Positions 40,104 to 51,292 are shown, numbered from the stretch's first letter. The stretch: DNA of 64,000 nucleotides from an uncultured Bacillota bacterium (GCA_947165005.1 CAMUYN010000003.1:25584-89583), one strand, 5' to 3'. Notes: generated by a model from the letters alone, not told the origin. Translations and numbers: made by a program.

Positions 40104-40199
40104 ATTAATCCTCCATTATAACTAGGTAATATTTCTTTTTACCTCTTCTTATTATTACATATTTATTATATAATGAAGTTTCTTTATTTACAAGTAATT

Positions 40200-41417
40200 C
40201 TAGAAAATAACTTTCATAAATACTTTTTTGCCTTTTTGTAAGATTATATATCCATCTTGTAAATCTTCTTCAGTTATTACTTTATCAATATCATTTAATT
40301 TTTCTAAATTTAAAGAAAGTCCATTTTGATCAATTAATCTTCTTCCTTCTGATTTAGATGGAACTAATCCTACTTTTACGAGTAAATCTAGTATATTAAT
40401 ACCTAAATCTTCTTTTGATAAATTTATTGTTTCTATATCTTTAGGTAATCCAGTTAATGAAACAGACAAGAAACTTTCTTCTGCACGTTTAGTATCTTCT
40501 TCTCCATAAAATATTTTAGTTATTTCTCTAGCAGCAAAAAGTTTAGCTTCTCTTGGATTATTTTTAATATCTAATTTAGCTATTTCATCAAGTGGTACTC
40601 TTGTATTATTAACCAATAATAATTCTATCATTTCATCAGGTTGATTCATTATTTCTTCAAACATTTTATTTGCTCCAGTACCTAAGAATACTCCTGTTCC
40701 TCTTGATTTAGACATTAATGTTCCATCTATTGGATTTTCCATTAAATTATTAGCTACTACAAATTTATCTTTATCTCTATATTTCTTTAATAAATCTCTT
40801 CCTACTAAAGCATTGAATATTTGATCTGTTCCACACATTTCAACATCTATATCAAGTGCAACACTATCATATCCTTGTAACATTGGATAAATAAATTCAT
40901 GCATAAATATTGGTTTATTCTCTTCCATCCTCTTTTGGAACATATCTCTTACTAATAATTGCCCTACAGTGGCATGTGATAGTAAATCTATCATATCCTC
41001 TGAAGTTAATTTATCCATCCATTCACTGTTAAATACTACATGTGTAGGATTTTCTTTATCTTCAGTATTGATAAGAGGTTTAATACTTTCTATCCAATGT
41101 TCCGCATTTTTTTTTGCTTCTTCTCTTGTTAATCTAGCTCTTGCAGATGTTCTATCTGTTGGATCACCAATACAAGCAGTAAAATCTCCAAATAATATAT
41201 ACACTTCATGTCCTAATTTTCTAAATTCATCCAACAACATAAAGTTTTTTGCATGGCTTAAATGTAATGATGTTCCTGTAGGATCTGCACCTATATAGAA
41301 TTTTAATTTTCTATCTAATAATGCTTCCTTAAATTCTTCTCTTGATGGAAGTATTTGTCTTACTATTCCCCTATCAAGTATTTCATCAATTCTTTTTGAT
41401 TTTTCTTCTCTTGTCAT
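40200..41417 (-). CDS. tyrS: Tyrosyl-tRNA synthetase paralog (divergent; HLSH and LMSKS variants of the class I motifs; C-terminal S4 domain)
   Basis: GADPTGTSLHLSHAKNF, CIGDPTDRTS, LMSKSRGTGVFL and a C-terminal S4-like RRLIDQNGLSLN; 405 aa. Preceded by a T-box leader with a UAC specifier. Confidence 0.75.
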   Translation of the reverse strand: MTREEKSKRIDEILDRGIVRQILPSREEFKEALLDRKLKFYIGADPTGTSLHLSHAKNFMLLDEFRKLGHEVYILFGDFTACIGDPTDRTSARARLTREEAKKNAEHWIESIKPLINTEDKENPTHVVFNSEWMDKLTSEDMIDLLSHATVGQLLVRDMFQKRMEENKPIFMHEFIYPMLQGYDSVALDIDVEMCGTDQIFNALVGRDLLKKYRDKDKFVVANNLMENPIDGTLMSKSRGTGVFLGTGANKMFEEIMNQPDEMIELLLVNNTRVPLDEIAKLDIKNNPREAKLFAAREITKIFYGEEDTKRAEESFLSVSLTGLPKDIETINLSKEDLGINILDLLVKVGLVPSKSEGRRLIDQNGLSLNLEKLNDIDKVITEEDLQDGYIILQKGKKVFMKVIF

Positions 41418-41419
41418 AT

Positions 41420-41640
41420 TTCCTCCTTAAACAAAAAAAGTTCCTATAATATAAGGACGAATTACCGCGGTACCACCTTATTTCATAGAAACTATGCACT
41501 CTAATTATAACGGAATTACCGATTAAATTCAGAATATGTAATTCATTCTTAAAAATACACTAGTTTTCACCAACCACTAGTTCTCTAATAATATATTTTA
41601 AAAACTACTAATTATTCATCAACATTTAATTACATTCTAA
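41420..41640 (-). promoter_or_regulatory. T-box riboswitch leader (Tyr specifier UAC) with promoter, upstream of the tyrS paralog
   Basis: -10 TTATAAT at rc 41640-41646. Stem I contains AGAGA and GGUGAAA-like elements; specifier loop GAAUUACAUA. Conserved T-box sequence AAUUAGAGUGCAUAG...AAGGUGGUACCGCGG; terminator/antiterminator and U-tract before GGAGG-ATG. Confidence 0.8.
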
Positions 41641-41679
41641 TTATAACACATATTTTATAAAAATAAACAAAAAAAAGTT

Positions 41680-42975
41680 TTAATTATTATTCTTAACTAA
41701 AACTTTCATGTAATTCTTTTTTCCTTTTCTTACTACAAATCCACCGTCTGTAATATCAGAAGGAGTAACCATATTTTGTTCTTGTTGCATTCTAACGTTG
41801 TTTAAATATATACCCCCTTGTTGCAATAATCTTCTAACTTCTGATTTTGATTTAGCCATTTTTATTAATACCATTAATTCTTCAATAGGAATACCTTCTC
41901 CCATAACATCTGCACTTATTCCACATTGAGGCATGTTTTCTGAATTACCAGCATTTGAGAATACTTCTTCACTTGCTTTCTTTACTTTTAAAGCTTCTTC
42001 TTCTCCATGTACTAATTTTGTTACTTCAAAAGCCATTATTTTTTTAGCATTTCTTATATCTTCAGTACACATTCTCTTTATATCTTCCATTTCATAATTA
42101 CTAAAGAATGATAATAATCTTTCTACGTCTTCATCATATGAATTCATAAACATTTGATAGAAATCATAAACAGTTGTTTTTTCTCTTGAAACCCATAATG
42201 TTCCACTAGCTGTTTTACCCATTTTTTCTCCATCTGCCTTTATTAATAACGGACATGTTAATGTTTGTAATTGTCTATCTTCTAAACCATTTGCAAAATC
42301 CATTTTTCTAGCCAATTCTACACCTGCTATCATATTTGCCCATTGGTCAGAACCACCAACTTCTAATACGCACCCATATTTTTCATTTAAATATACAAAG
42401 TCATAAGCTTGCATTAACATATATCCCATTTCTAAGAATGTTAATCCACCAGATTCTAATCTGTTTTTATAGCAATCAGTAGCTAACATTTTATTAACAT
42501 TAAAATGTACTCCAACTTTTCTCATAAAATCAACATATGATTCTGGATTAATCCAATCTGCGTTATCTAATATTAGTGCAGGATTATCTCCATCAACATC
42601 TACGAATCTCTTAACTAATTCTTTCACTTCTGCTTTATTGTATGCTACTTGTTCTTTAGTTAGCATCTTTCTCATATCTCTTTTTCCAGTTGGATCACCA
42701 ATTAAAGCTGTAGCCCCTCCGATTACAATTATTGGATGATGTCCCTTCTCTTGTAATCTTCTTACCATTGTAAGCGCAAAGAAATGTCCTATATGTAAAC
42801 TATCCGCTGTTGGATCTATACCTATATAAAACACTTTTGGTTCACTATCGTTTAACATTTCTTCAATTACTTTTTCATTTGTAGCTTGATATACATATCC
42901 TCTTTCTCTTAGTATATCAAAAGGTTTTTTTTCCATATTAACTCCCCTCTCAAATAACATTGCATATATTAACAT
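41680..42975 (-). CDS. tyrS: Tyrosyl-tRNA synthetase (canonical)
   Basis: IDPTADSLHIGH, GGATALIGDPTGK, KMGKT and a C-terminal S4 domain (RRLLQQGGIYLNNVRM); 431 aa (about 416 aa from the better start MEKKPFD). Confidence 0.9.
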   Translation of the reverse strand: MLIYAMLFERGVNMEKKPFDILRERGYVYQATNEKVIEEMLNDSEPKVFYIGIDPTADSLHIGHFFALTMVRRLQEKGHHPIIVIGGATALIGDPTGKRDMRKMLTKEQVAYNKAEVKELVKRFVDVDGDNPALILDNADWINPESYVDFMRKVGVHFNVNKMLATDCYKNRLESGGLTFLEMGYMLMQAYDFVYLNEKYGCVLEVGGSDQWANMIAGVELARKMDFANGLEDRQLQTLTCPLLIKADGEKMGKTASGTLWVSREKTTVYDFYQMFMNSYDEDVERLLSFFSNYEMEDIKRMCTEDIRNAKKIMAFEVTKLVHGEEEALKVKKASEEVFSNAGNSENMPQCGISADVMGEGIPIEELMVLIKMAKSKSEVRRLLQQGGIYLNNVRMQQEQNMVTPSDITDGGFVVRKGKKNYMKVLVKNNN

Positions 42976-42990
42976 TTTTATATCAAAATG

Positions 42991-43758
42991 TCAATTTTTT
43001 TGATATTTAACTATATTAAAAACTACCTTATATAAATCTTCATAACTTGTTTGAATGTCAGATAATGAAATTAATTCTTCTGGTGTATTATCATCTATTA
43101 TTGCAATTTTTTTTCCTTTCTTTAATCCAAACATTTCTATATCATTATAATCATTACCAAAAACATAAATATCATCATTAATAAAAATATTATCTATTAT
43201 GAATTCTATTGCAGTTCTTTTATTTATACCCTTTGAATTAATTATAATATAATCTTCGGACTTAATAGCATTAATATTATTATTATTACATTTATCTATA
43301 AAAGCATTAACACATTCATTACTTTTAAATTTAATTGTGATTTGACAAATATCATTTACCAATACTTCATTATAAAAATCTTTAGAATTACTAATTCTTT
43401 TTGACACATAAAGTAAAGTTTTATCTCCATACTGTATATAATTATTTGAATTAGATGGATTAAATAATATATATTCTACTTCCTTATAATCGATATATTT
43501 TAATATTTTTTTTTCATTTTGAGTTAAAAATCTTTGATAAATTATTTCATTATTTTTTGTTACTATTTTTGAACCATTCTCGATAATAATTGGTAATTCA
43601 TTTAAATAATTATTTACGATTTCTAAACTTCTTAAATATCCTCTGCCTGTACAAAAAATAAAAGGAATCTTATTTTTTTGTAAAAAAAGTAATAATTTAT
43701 CATTACTTTTTTTATTTTTATAAATTACACCATCTATATCAAAAAACATTAATTTCAT
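42991..43758 (-). CDS. HAD-IIB (Cof-type) phosphatase
   Basis: FFDIDGVI motif I, GNDYNDIEMF motif IV, cap domain between. Confidence 0.75.
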   Translation of the reverse strand: MKLMFFDIDGVIYKNKKSNDKLLLFLQKNKIPFIFCTGRGYLRSLEIVNNYLNELPIIIENGSKIVTKNNEIIYQRFLTQNEKKILKYIDYKEVEYILFNPSNSNNYIQYGDKTLLYVSKRISNSKDFYNEVLVNDICQITIKFKSNECVNAFIDKCNNNNINAIKSEDYIIINSKGINKRTAIEFIIDNIFINDDIYVFGNDYNDIEMFGLKKGKKIAIIDDNTPEELISLSDIQTSYEDLYKVVFNIVKYQKN

Positions 43759-44771
43759 TTTTTGACCTCAAATACTGTTTTAATATTATCCTTAATATTT
43801 TCGTAATTTTTTATATATTCTACTGATGACAAAAAATCAATTCTATAAGAAATCAAATCGTTAACTTGAATGTCTTTTTTTTCTAATAAATCTAATGCCT
43901 TCTTAAAGTCATTATGTATATTACAGTATGAGTTTATTCCTTTTAAAGTGCCTTGCTTATAAAATAGTGTCCTAATATTAATATTTGCAAGATAATTAAA
44001 TGCATATACTCCATAACAAAGAATTAAACAATTATTATTGCCTACTTCTATTGAAGTGTTTAAAGTGTCAGATTGTTTCCCTCCAACTGTTTCTAATATA
44101 ACATCAAATTTTATATCACATTTTTTTATTTCATCAAACAGCAAATAATTAATACCTAAATTCTTAATCTTATCTCTATGTTTTGCAAACAATATAATAT
44201 TCTTATCACTATACATTGATTTTAATATTCTATAACAAATTATTCCTAAAGGCCCATCTCCTATAACTGCTATATTTTCTATATTATTTTTTTTGATTTC
44301 TTTTATATAATTAATTCCATGTAATGCTACTGCAATATCATCAATAAATATTGCATCTTCATAGTTTATGTTATCTGATAACTTATAAACACAATTTTTA
44401 GGAACATAAACTACTTCCGAATAACCACCATCTATATCTCTTCCTACAATTTTAATATCATTACATAAACTAAAGCTTTCACATGGAGCATGTTCAAGAG
44501 CAACATCAAAAGGATTTACTACTACTTTATCTCCAATACTAAAACCTTCGCAATTCTCTCCAAAATTGCTTATAACTCCCATAATTTCATGTCCTAATAT
44601 ATTTGTATTAATATAGTTTTTATTTGGAGTTTGTTTTAAAAACTTTAGAATATCACTACTACACAAGCCCAGATATCTAGTTTCTATTTCTATTTCATCA
44701 TTTTTACATTTTCTCTTTTCAAATGTTTCAAAAAAGAAATCATTTTTTTCTTTATAAAAAATCCTTTGCAT
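43755..44771 (-). CDS. Zinc-dependent medium-chain dehydrogenase/reductase (sorbitol/threonine dehydrogenase-like)
   Basis: GLCSSD...GHEIMG catalytic zinc motif, VIGDGPLG Rossmann motif; 338 aa. Confidence 0.75.
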   Translation of the reverse strand: MQRIFYKEKNDFFFETFEKRKCKNDEIEIETRYLGLCSSDILKFLKQTPNKNYINTNILGHEIMGVISNFGENCEGFSIGDKVVVNPFDVALEHAPCESFSLCNDIKIVGRDIDGGYSEVVYVPKNCVYKLSDNINYEDAIFIDDIAVALHGINYIKEIKKNNIENIAVIGDGPLGIICYRILKSMYSDKNIILFAKHRDKIKNLGINYLLFDEIKKCDIKFDVILETVGGKQSDTLNTSIEVGNNNCLILCYGVYAFNYLANINIRTLFYKQGTLKGINSYCNIHNDFKKALDLLEKKDIQVNDLISYRIDFLSSVEYIKNYENIKDNIKTVFEVKK

Positions 44772-45906
44772 GCTTTTCTCCTAATAATTTATAAATTTTG
44801 TTACTATTTCCGCCTGTATGTTTTATATATTTGATTAACATATCTAATCCTTGCCCTGTTTTAATTGCTTCTTTTGCCTTTACATAGCCTTCTTTATAAT
44901 TTGTAACCATTCTAGACAAATACAATATATTAGCACAATTAATACATACTATATCTTCATGTGCTTCTAAGCCATTACCTGCTAAAACGCTTAAGATATA
45001 TTTTATGTTTTCCTCTTTAGTTTTCCCTTGTGCTATATCTCTAGAAGTATATTTTGGCAAACCCAGTTCTTTTATCGGATTAAAAATTAATAAATTACCA
45101 TTATTTATTCCGTCTTTTGTACCAATTATCTTTGTCTCACCATATACTCCCATTTCATCAATAAAATGAATTCCATCATCTGTGCTAGAAACAACTAAAA
45201 CATTTTGGTTGCCAAATTTCTTTAAAACATCTAATGATAATTCTACATTCGGATGTGCTAAACCATATAAAAGTGAATCTGTTTTTACTGGACAAATTAA
45301 TGCTGCCAATCCAAAACTTAAAACATGTGGAGCAAAAAAATTACCACCATATATTTTGTCAAATTTAGGAATAATATCCTCTATGCAAAAGAATGCAAAA
45401 CCACAGTCATTTAATATATCTATACTCTCATCTAATGTAATATCTTTATTAGCGCCTACTATTTCCATAAAATCAGCGGACCCAGTAACTGACGAAGTTG
45501 ATTTAGATCCTGGTTTAACAACATACGCCCCCATACTTGAAGCAAGTAAAGCACTTGCTGTTGAAATATTAATTGTTTTAACCCCTTTTTTACCACTACC
45601 TGCTAACGTTACTATTTCATGATTATCTATTTGTATTTTTTTTCTTTCAATAGGATTATAATTATCCAAACTAAATGCTTCTTTTAGTAAAGCTACTACT
45701 TCATCAGATGTTGGATTCTTAGTCATAATTGCTGTCAAAAAGGATCCTAACATAGTATTTCTAATATTATCATTTTTAACATTTAAAATCTCAGAGAATG
45801 CAGACCTAAGTAAATCTATATCATATTTTGAATTTACATTTAATCTATATAATAATTCTTTTAAATTTTTATATTCATTCATTATCCCACGCCCCACATA
45901 TATCAA
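44752..45906 (-). CDS. TrpD-family (glycosyltransferase family 3) phosphoribosyltransferase-like protein
   Basis: LAGSGKKGVKTINISTASALLASSMGAYVVKPGSKSTSSVTGSADFMEIVG aligns with the GTGGDG..NIST.....AA.G..V.KHGNR..SS..GSAD.LE motif block of anthranilate phosphoribosyltransferase. Confidence 0.65.
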   Translation of the reverse strand: MIYVGRGIMNEYKNLKELLYRLNVNSKYDIDLLRSAFSEILNVKNDNIRNTMLGSFLTAIMTKNPTSDEVVALLKEAFSLDNYNPIERKKIQIDNHEIVTLAGSGKKGVKTINISTASALLASSMGAYVVKPGSKSTSSVTGSADFMEIVGANKDITLDESIDILNDCGFAFFCIEDIIPKFDKIYGGNFFAPHVLSFGLAALICPVKTDSLLYGLAHPNVELSLDVLKKFGNQNVLVVSSTDDGIHFIDEMGVYGETKIIGTKDGINNGNLLIFNPIKELGLPKYTSRDIAQGKTKEENIKYILSVLAGNGLEAHEDIVCINCANILYLSRMVTNYKEGYVKAKEAIKTGQGLDMLIKYIKHTGGNSNKIYKLLGEKHAKDFL

Positions 45907-46897
45907 TTAATACTTTTGCATATTTTTTCTTGCTTTCTAGCCATTTATCACCCTTTTCTTCACAAATTTTATATAATTCTTCTAATTCTTCTGGAGAATA
46001 ATATGATACTGCACTCATCATTTGAAAAATTGTTGAATCCTCTGGTTTTTCATATTCATCTTTACTATTAACAACAAGATCATATATCTTATCAGGAGTC
46101 ATGTCCACAGAAATAGATGAATCAGGAATACTCTTACTCATCTTTGGATAACCATTTAACCCCTTTATTACTCTAGAATATAATGCTCCGATTGTCATAT
46201 CAAGATTCATGCGTTCTACAACTTTTTGGGCAATTCTAACATATAAATGTTCTTCTAAACCTAACATAACTAAAACGTTTTCATAATTATCTACATATCC
46301 CAAATGGATGAAATCTGCAACCATCAATAAAATTGCTTGTTTAACTTTAAAGTCAATTCCCTTATATATATTTTTGCTCTTATATAATTCGGATAAATCT
46401 TCTTCCGCTTCTAAAAAGTCTTCATCTGTTAAGCAATTTGAAATCAAATAAGCTGTTTTTAATATTTCAGGATGATCAATTTGTGTTCTTAATACTCCTT
46501 TTGTTTCATCAAAGCCTAACTTTTTTATAAACTTAGTATATTTATCAGCACGTTCTTTTAGCACTTCTAAAGACTGATTTCTAGCATTATAGGAATCTAA
46601 ATCTCCTAAAACAAACTGAACTTCAAATCCTGCTTTTTGTAAAAAGATTGCTCTTAATATTTGAGATAATGTTCCCATATGTGGTGTTCCACTCAAACCT
46701 ATTCCAGTAGTAATAATCTGTTTTTTGTCATTAACACCTTTAACAAATTTTTCTGCCTTATAATGGCATAACCATTTTTCCTTCATAACATCTCTACTGA
46801 TATTACTTAAACTAAAATCAATAGGTTTAAAATCCATTGCATTATAGCCATACTTGTTAATAACACTTCTGTAATATTCATCATCAAATTTTATCAT
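45875..46897 (-). CDS. Class Ic aminoacyl-tRNA-synthetase-like paralog (TrpRS/TyrRS fold) with degenerate HIGH region (GTPHMGTL), intact KMSKS and a ~55-aa N-terminal extension
   Basis: TTGIGLSGTPHMGTLSQ (a TrpRS-style HIGH region), GDLDSY, KMSKSIPDS; 340 aa. Start overlaps the previous gene, indicating an operon. Confidence 0.6.
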   Translation of the reverse strand: MIKFDDEYYRSVINKYGYNAMDFKPIDFSLSNISRDVMKEKWLCHYKAEKFVKGVNDKKQIITTGIGLSGTPHMGTLSQILRAIFLQKAGFEVQFVLGDLDSYNARNQSLEVLKERADKYTKFIKKLGFDETKGVLRTQIDHPEILKTAYLISNCLTDEDFLEAEEDLSELYKSKNIYKGIDFKVKQAILLMVADFIHLGYVDNYENVLVMLGLEEHLYVRIAQKVVERMNLDMTIGALYSRVIKGLNGYPKMSKSIPDSSISVDMTPDKIYDLVVNSKDEYEKPEDSTIFQMMSAVSYYSPEELEELYKICEEKGDKWLESKKKYAKVLIDICGAWDNE

Positions 46898-46959
46898 TTT
46901 TCCCTCCTTATTTATTGCTAAATTATTTACACTTAATATAGTTGCTTTTTTTTAATTTA

Positions 46960-47110
46960 TAGCAACAAAAAAACGGTGCTTAAACACTATATGTTAAAGT
47001 TACCGTTTTCATTTTTATTGGGGCAAAAAAGCATATTAAATTGTATTTAATATTTAAATTTTCAAAAACTATTGTTCTTTCTACCAATACTTTTATATTA
47101 TTCATAAATC
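46960..47110 (-). promoter_or_regulatory. Leader region of the aaRS-paralog operon with 8-bp hairpin, U-tract and possible 41-codon leader ORF (candidate attenuator)
   Basis: AAAACGGU-23nt-UACCGUUUU followed by U-rich sequence, about 90 nt upstream of the ATG. Small ORF MNNIKVLVERTIVFENLNIKYNLICFFAPIKMKTVTLTYSV with GAGGGG RBS ends inside the hairpin. No T-box consensus found. Confidence 0.3.
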
Positions 47111-47250
47111 TCACCCCTCATAAATAATTTAATTTATTTTATCTCCATATATATCAATTGTCAATAACATTCAAAGAATATATATAAATTTTTTTCAGTT
47201 GCAAAAAAATATAAAAAGTTGTATAATAAGCACTTAAAAGGAGAAATTAT

Positions 47251-47682
47251 ATGAATACTAATGAAAAGAACAAAAAAATAAATATTATTATATTACCACC
47301 ATATATGAGAAAAATTGATAATAATAAATTAATACTTTTATACACAAAAATAAAACCTATTATATCAATTCAAGAAAAAAAATATAAGTTAAATACTTTC
47401 ACATTGGAGCAATTATTAAAAAATTATAATTGGAATAGTGAAGAAAACAAGACAGAATTAATTGATAGTAACAGCATTGAAATAATCACCGATTTCCTAT
47501 GTTTACATACACACAAAGAGCAAGCATCTTTAGAAGAAATATTATCACAAATCCCAGATGATATAACTAATTTTGCTAACGCTTTTGAAGTGATTGAAGC
47601 ACCTGAAAAAAGAGAGAACTTGATTGTACATGCTAAAGGATTACATTTATCAAAAATCAGAATATATAAAATCAATGAATAA
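47251..47682 (+). CDS. Hypothetical protein (143 aa)
   Basis: Strong promoter TTGCAA-17-TATAAT and AAAGGAG RBS. Followed by a bidirectional terminator (GAAGC-UUAU-GCUUC) at 47690-47718. Confidence 0.55.
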   Translation: MNTNEKNKKINIIILPPYMRKIDNNKLILLYTKIKPIISIQEKKYKLNTFTLEQLLKNYNWNSEENKTELIDSNSIEIITDFLCLHTHKEQASLEEILSQIPDDITNFANAFEVIEAPEKRENLIVHAKGLHLSKIRIYKINE

Positions 47683-47698
47683 TATTAAAAAAAGAAGC

Positions 47699-48701
<1,003 letters not shown>

Positions 48702-48711
48702 TAAAAAAGAA

Positions 48712-48745
48712 GAAGTAATACTTCTTCTTATAATTATATATGCAT
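48712..48745 (-). terminator. Intrinsic terminator of the 350-aa TasA-like gene (AAGAAGAAG-UAAU-ACUUCUUCUU)
   Basis: 9-bp perfect stem with a following U-rich tract, directly after the stop at 48755. Confidence 0.65.
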
Positions 48746-48754
48746 CTTCCTGAA

Positions 48755-49807
48755 TTAATTACAATAAGTAGCTGGTGAATGATTGAGTGGATCTATCCCA
48801 CAATTTGTGCCACTTAAGCCAGAAACGTCTACGCTTTTAGTCTCTGTAAGATTAATATAAGCTGCTACATCATAACCAACAAAATAATTACATGAGCCAA
48901 TTGGATCTGATGAAACCTCTGTTTGGTATTCCCATCCAAGTGTTTGACATAGTGTTTCTAAATCTGATGTAGTACTTGAAGTCCCAATGCAATATTCTGT
49001 GGAATTATAAACTAAACATGTAAATGATTCACCACCCGAACTTTTAATATAAGCATCTTGAGCAGATAAATCTGATAAACTATTAACCCAATCTGCACTG
49101 GTACCTTGTTCAGTATCTATTTTTCCATAATAAGTTATATTGGCTGGTGAATTACCACCGTTACCACCATTTCCAGCATTATTAGATATTGCTGAACTTG
49201 TTTGTTGGAATGTTACAGTTGCTGATATTGCATCTGTTGTTAAATCTGATTGTACTAATCCTGATCCATCATTTCCTCCATATGAAGATGATAATTCAGC
49301 TATTAAATAAAATACTTCTGTATCTCCTGCATCCACTGTGAATGATGTTGTTAATGGTGTTGTTCCTGTTGAGTCTGTCCATAAATTATAACTTATATAT
49401 TGACATGCATTTTGTGGATCTGTTGTACATTGAACTGCTGGTTTAACTATATTTGATACTTGTGCATTATAGTTTCCACCATTCTTTACATAGATAGTAT
49501 ATACTATTCTATCTCCTGGTGATTTAAAACTTGCATTCCATGTATATGTTGTTGCTACATATGATGCCGATATATTTTCTGCTGTTGTTCCTCCTGTAGA
49601 TATATTCGCTGCTGGTACTGTTGTTGATTGTGTTGGTTTTGGCCCATCATCTTGTGATGTAAAGAATATATCCCAAGTTGTTGATTCTACTGCTGCAGTA
49701 CCATTTATATTTAGCGTTGTACTAAATGCTGCAAATGCTACTCCTAAACTTACTACAGCAATAATTAAAACTATCACTATTGGTATTGTGATTTTTCTAT
49801 TATCCAT
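48755..49807 (-). CDS. TasA/camelysin-like secreted protein (paralog 5) with a ~140-aa Cys-rich C-terminal extension
   Basis: N-terminus MDNRKITIPIVIVLIIAVVSLGVAFAAFSTTLNINGTAAV and SPGDRIVYTIYVKNGG blocks match the other paralogs. A GNGGNGGN linker follows, then a domain with 8 Cys (CLVYNSTEYC...CQTLGWEY...CNYF...CGIDPLNHSPATYCN). Confidence 0.55.
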   Translation of the reverse strand: MDNRKITIPIVIVLIIAVVSLGVAFAAFSTTLNINGTAAVESTTWDIFFTSQDDGPKPTQSTTVPAANISTGGTTAENISASYVATTYTWNASFKSPGDRIVYTIYVKNGGNYNAQVSNIVKPAVQCTTDPQNACQYISYNLWTDSTGTTPLTTSFTVDAGDTEVFYLIAELSSSYGGNDGSGLVQSDLTTDAISATVTFQQTSSAISNNAGNGGNGGNSPANITYYGKIDTEQGTSADWVNSLSDLSAQDAYIKSSGGESFTCLVYNSTEYCIGTSSTTSDLETLCQTLGWEYQTEVSSDPIGSCNYFVGYDVAAYINLTETKSVDVSGLSGTNCGIDPLNHSPATYCN

Positions 49808-49883
49808 ATTTCCTCCTACTTTATATTAATATTATACATCCCCCGGGTATATTTGTAAAGAACAAAAAAGAAAAATTATTCTT

Positions 49884-51233
49884 CTATTTTTTGTTTTTGT
49901 TCTTTAAAGGGATATTAACATCTACTTTCTTGAATAGTAATTTATAATTAAAGCTATCTATAATTATATATATAAGAACTATTAATGTTATTATTTGATC
50001 TCTAAATGTAAACATTAAATGTTTATATGAATGATTCGCTAATATTAAATATCTTACATATGGCATAAAACTAATAATTAATAAGAATATATAATATTTC
50101 TTTTCCTTTAGACTTTTCCAATCTATAAATATTAAAATTAACATAATAAATAAGAATACAAAATATTTAACTATTAATTTATCAAAATTTTCTCTTATAT
50201 AATACATAAAAGGAATACAAAAAACATTTCTAGGTATAACATTTTTATATAATACCGTTTTACTTTCTATACCTTGTAGGCCATTAAATCTAAGAGTAAA
50301 ATTTCTTTTCACATAATCAAATGCATTTATTTTTAGTATTAATGATGAAAGAACCCATTTAGTCAACCACATTAATCCATAACCCAGAAACCATAAAATA
50401 CATGCTTTTAAAATAAATATAGTTGTCTTTTTAAAATCTTCTAATCTATTTTCTTTTTTTCTAATAATTATTATAAATATTAATGGAACAAATATAGTTA
50501 AAATTTCTGTTGTTAGAAAATCAAAGAAAGTTGCAGTTATTCCTGTAATTAAGAATAATATTAATAGTTTGTTATTTGATTTAGAAACATCACTATCTTT
50601 TTTATCAATTAATAAAGTAAGAATTGATGTTATTATCATAACATAAAACATAACAGAATATTCAATACATATTGGTACATACCAGCAAGATGTTAATATT
50701 AAAGATATAATAAATATAATAGCCATTTTTTTGGATCTTAAGAATAATAATACTAATAATATTAAAGCCAATATACTTAAAATAATAATATTAATTAAAT
50801 ATATTTTATCCATACTCATTATAGTAAGTAATGGTCTTAAAAATACCATACAGCCATTCCAATATCTTAAATAATTAGTATTAGGTTCTTTATCTTTTTC
50901 AACAAGATTAATAAAATCTACATTTGAATCCATATGTGTTTCTTGATAAAATTTATCCCATAATACTGATTTAATGGCATCGTTTGAATCAATATTATAT
51001 AAAATATTTAATTTTCTTGTATCAGCATAATAATGAATATATGTATCATATCTTTTATACGTAAAATAATATATACCCCTATATTTTTTATAAAAATCTA
51101 AACTTGCTTTAATATTTTTTTCAATTGAACTTTTTGGTATTTTAGCTGTTAATACTAAAGACCCAAATAATATTAAAACAGTAACTATAAAAATTATTAT
51201 ATATTTTAAAATATTCTTTATTATTTTCTTCAT
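49884..51233 (-). CDS. Polytopic membrane protein (449 aa), unknown function
   Basis: At least 10 predicted TM helices; no catalytic motif recognised. Confidence 0.5.
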   Translation of the reverse strand: MKKIIKNILKYIIIFIVTVLILFGSLVLTAKIPKSSIEKNIKASLDFYKKYRGIYYFTYKRYDTYIHYYADTRKLNILYNIDSNDAIKSVLWDKFYQETHMDSNVDFINLVEKDKEPNTNYLRYWNGCMVFLRPLLTIMSMDKIYLINIIILSILALILLVLLFLRSKKMAIIFIISLILTSCWYVPICIEYSVMFYVMIITSILTLLIDKKDSDVSKSNNKLLILFLITGITATFFDFLTTEILTIFVPLIFIIIIRKKENRLEDFKKTTIFILKACILWFLGYGLMWLTKWVLSSLILKINAFDYVKRNFTLRFNGLQGIESKTVLYKNVIPRNVFCIPFMYYIRENFDKLIVKYFVFLFIMLILIFIDWKSLKEKKYYIFLLIISFMPYVRYLILANHSYKHLMFTFRDQIITLIVLIYIIIDSFNYKLLFKKVDVNIPLKNKNKK

Positions 51234-51292
51234 ATTAGTATATCTTCCTACTTATTAATAATAGCATATATTAATAAATAAAAAAAGAAGAA

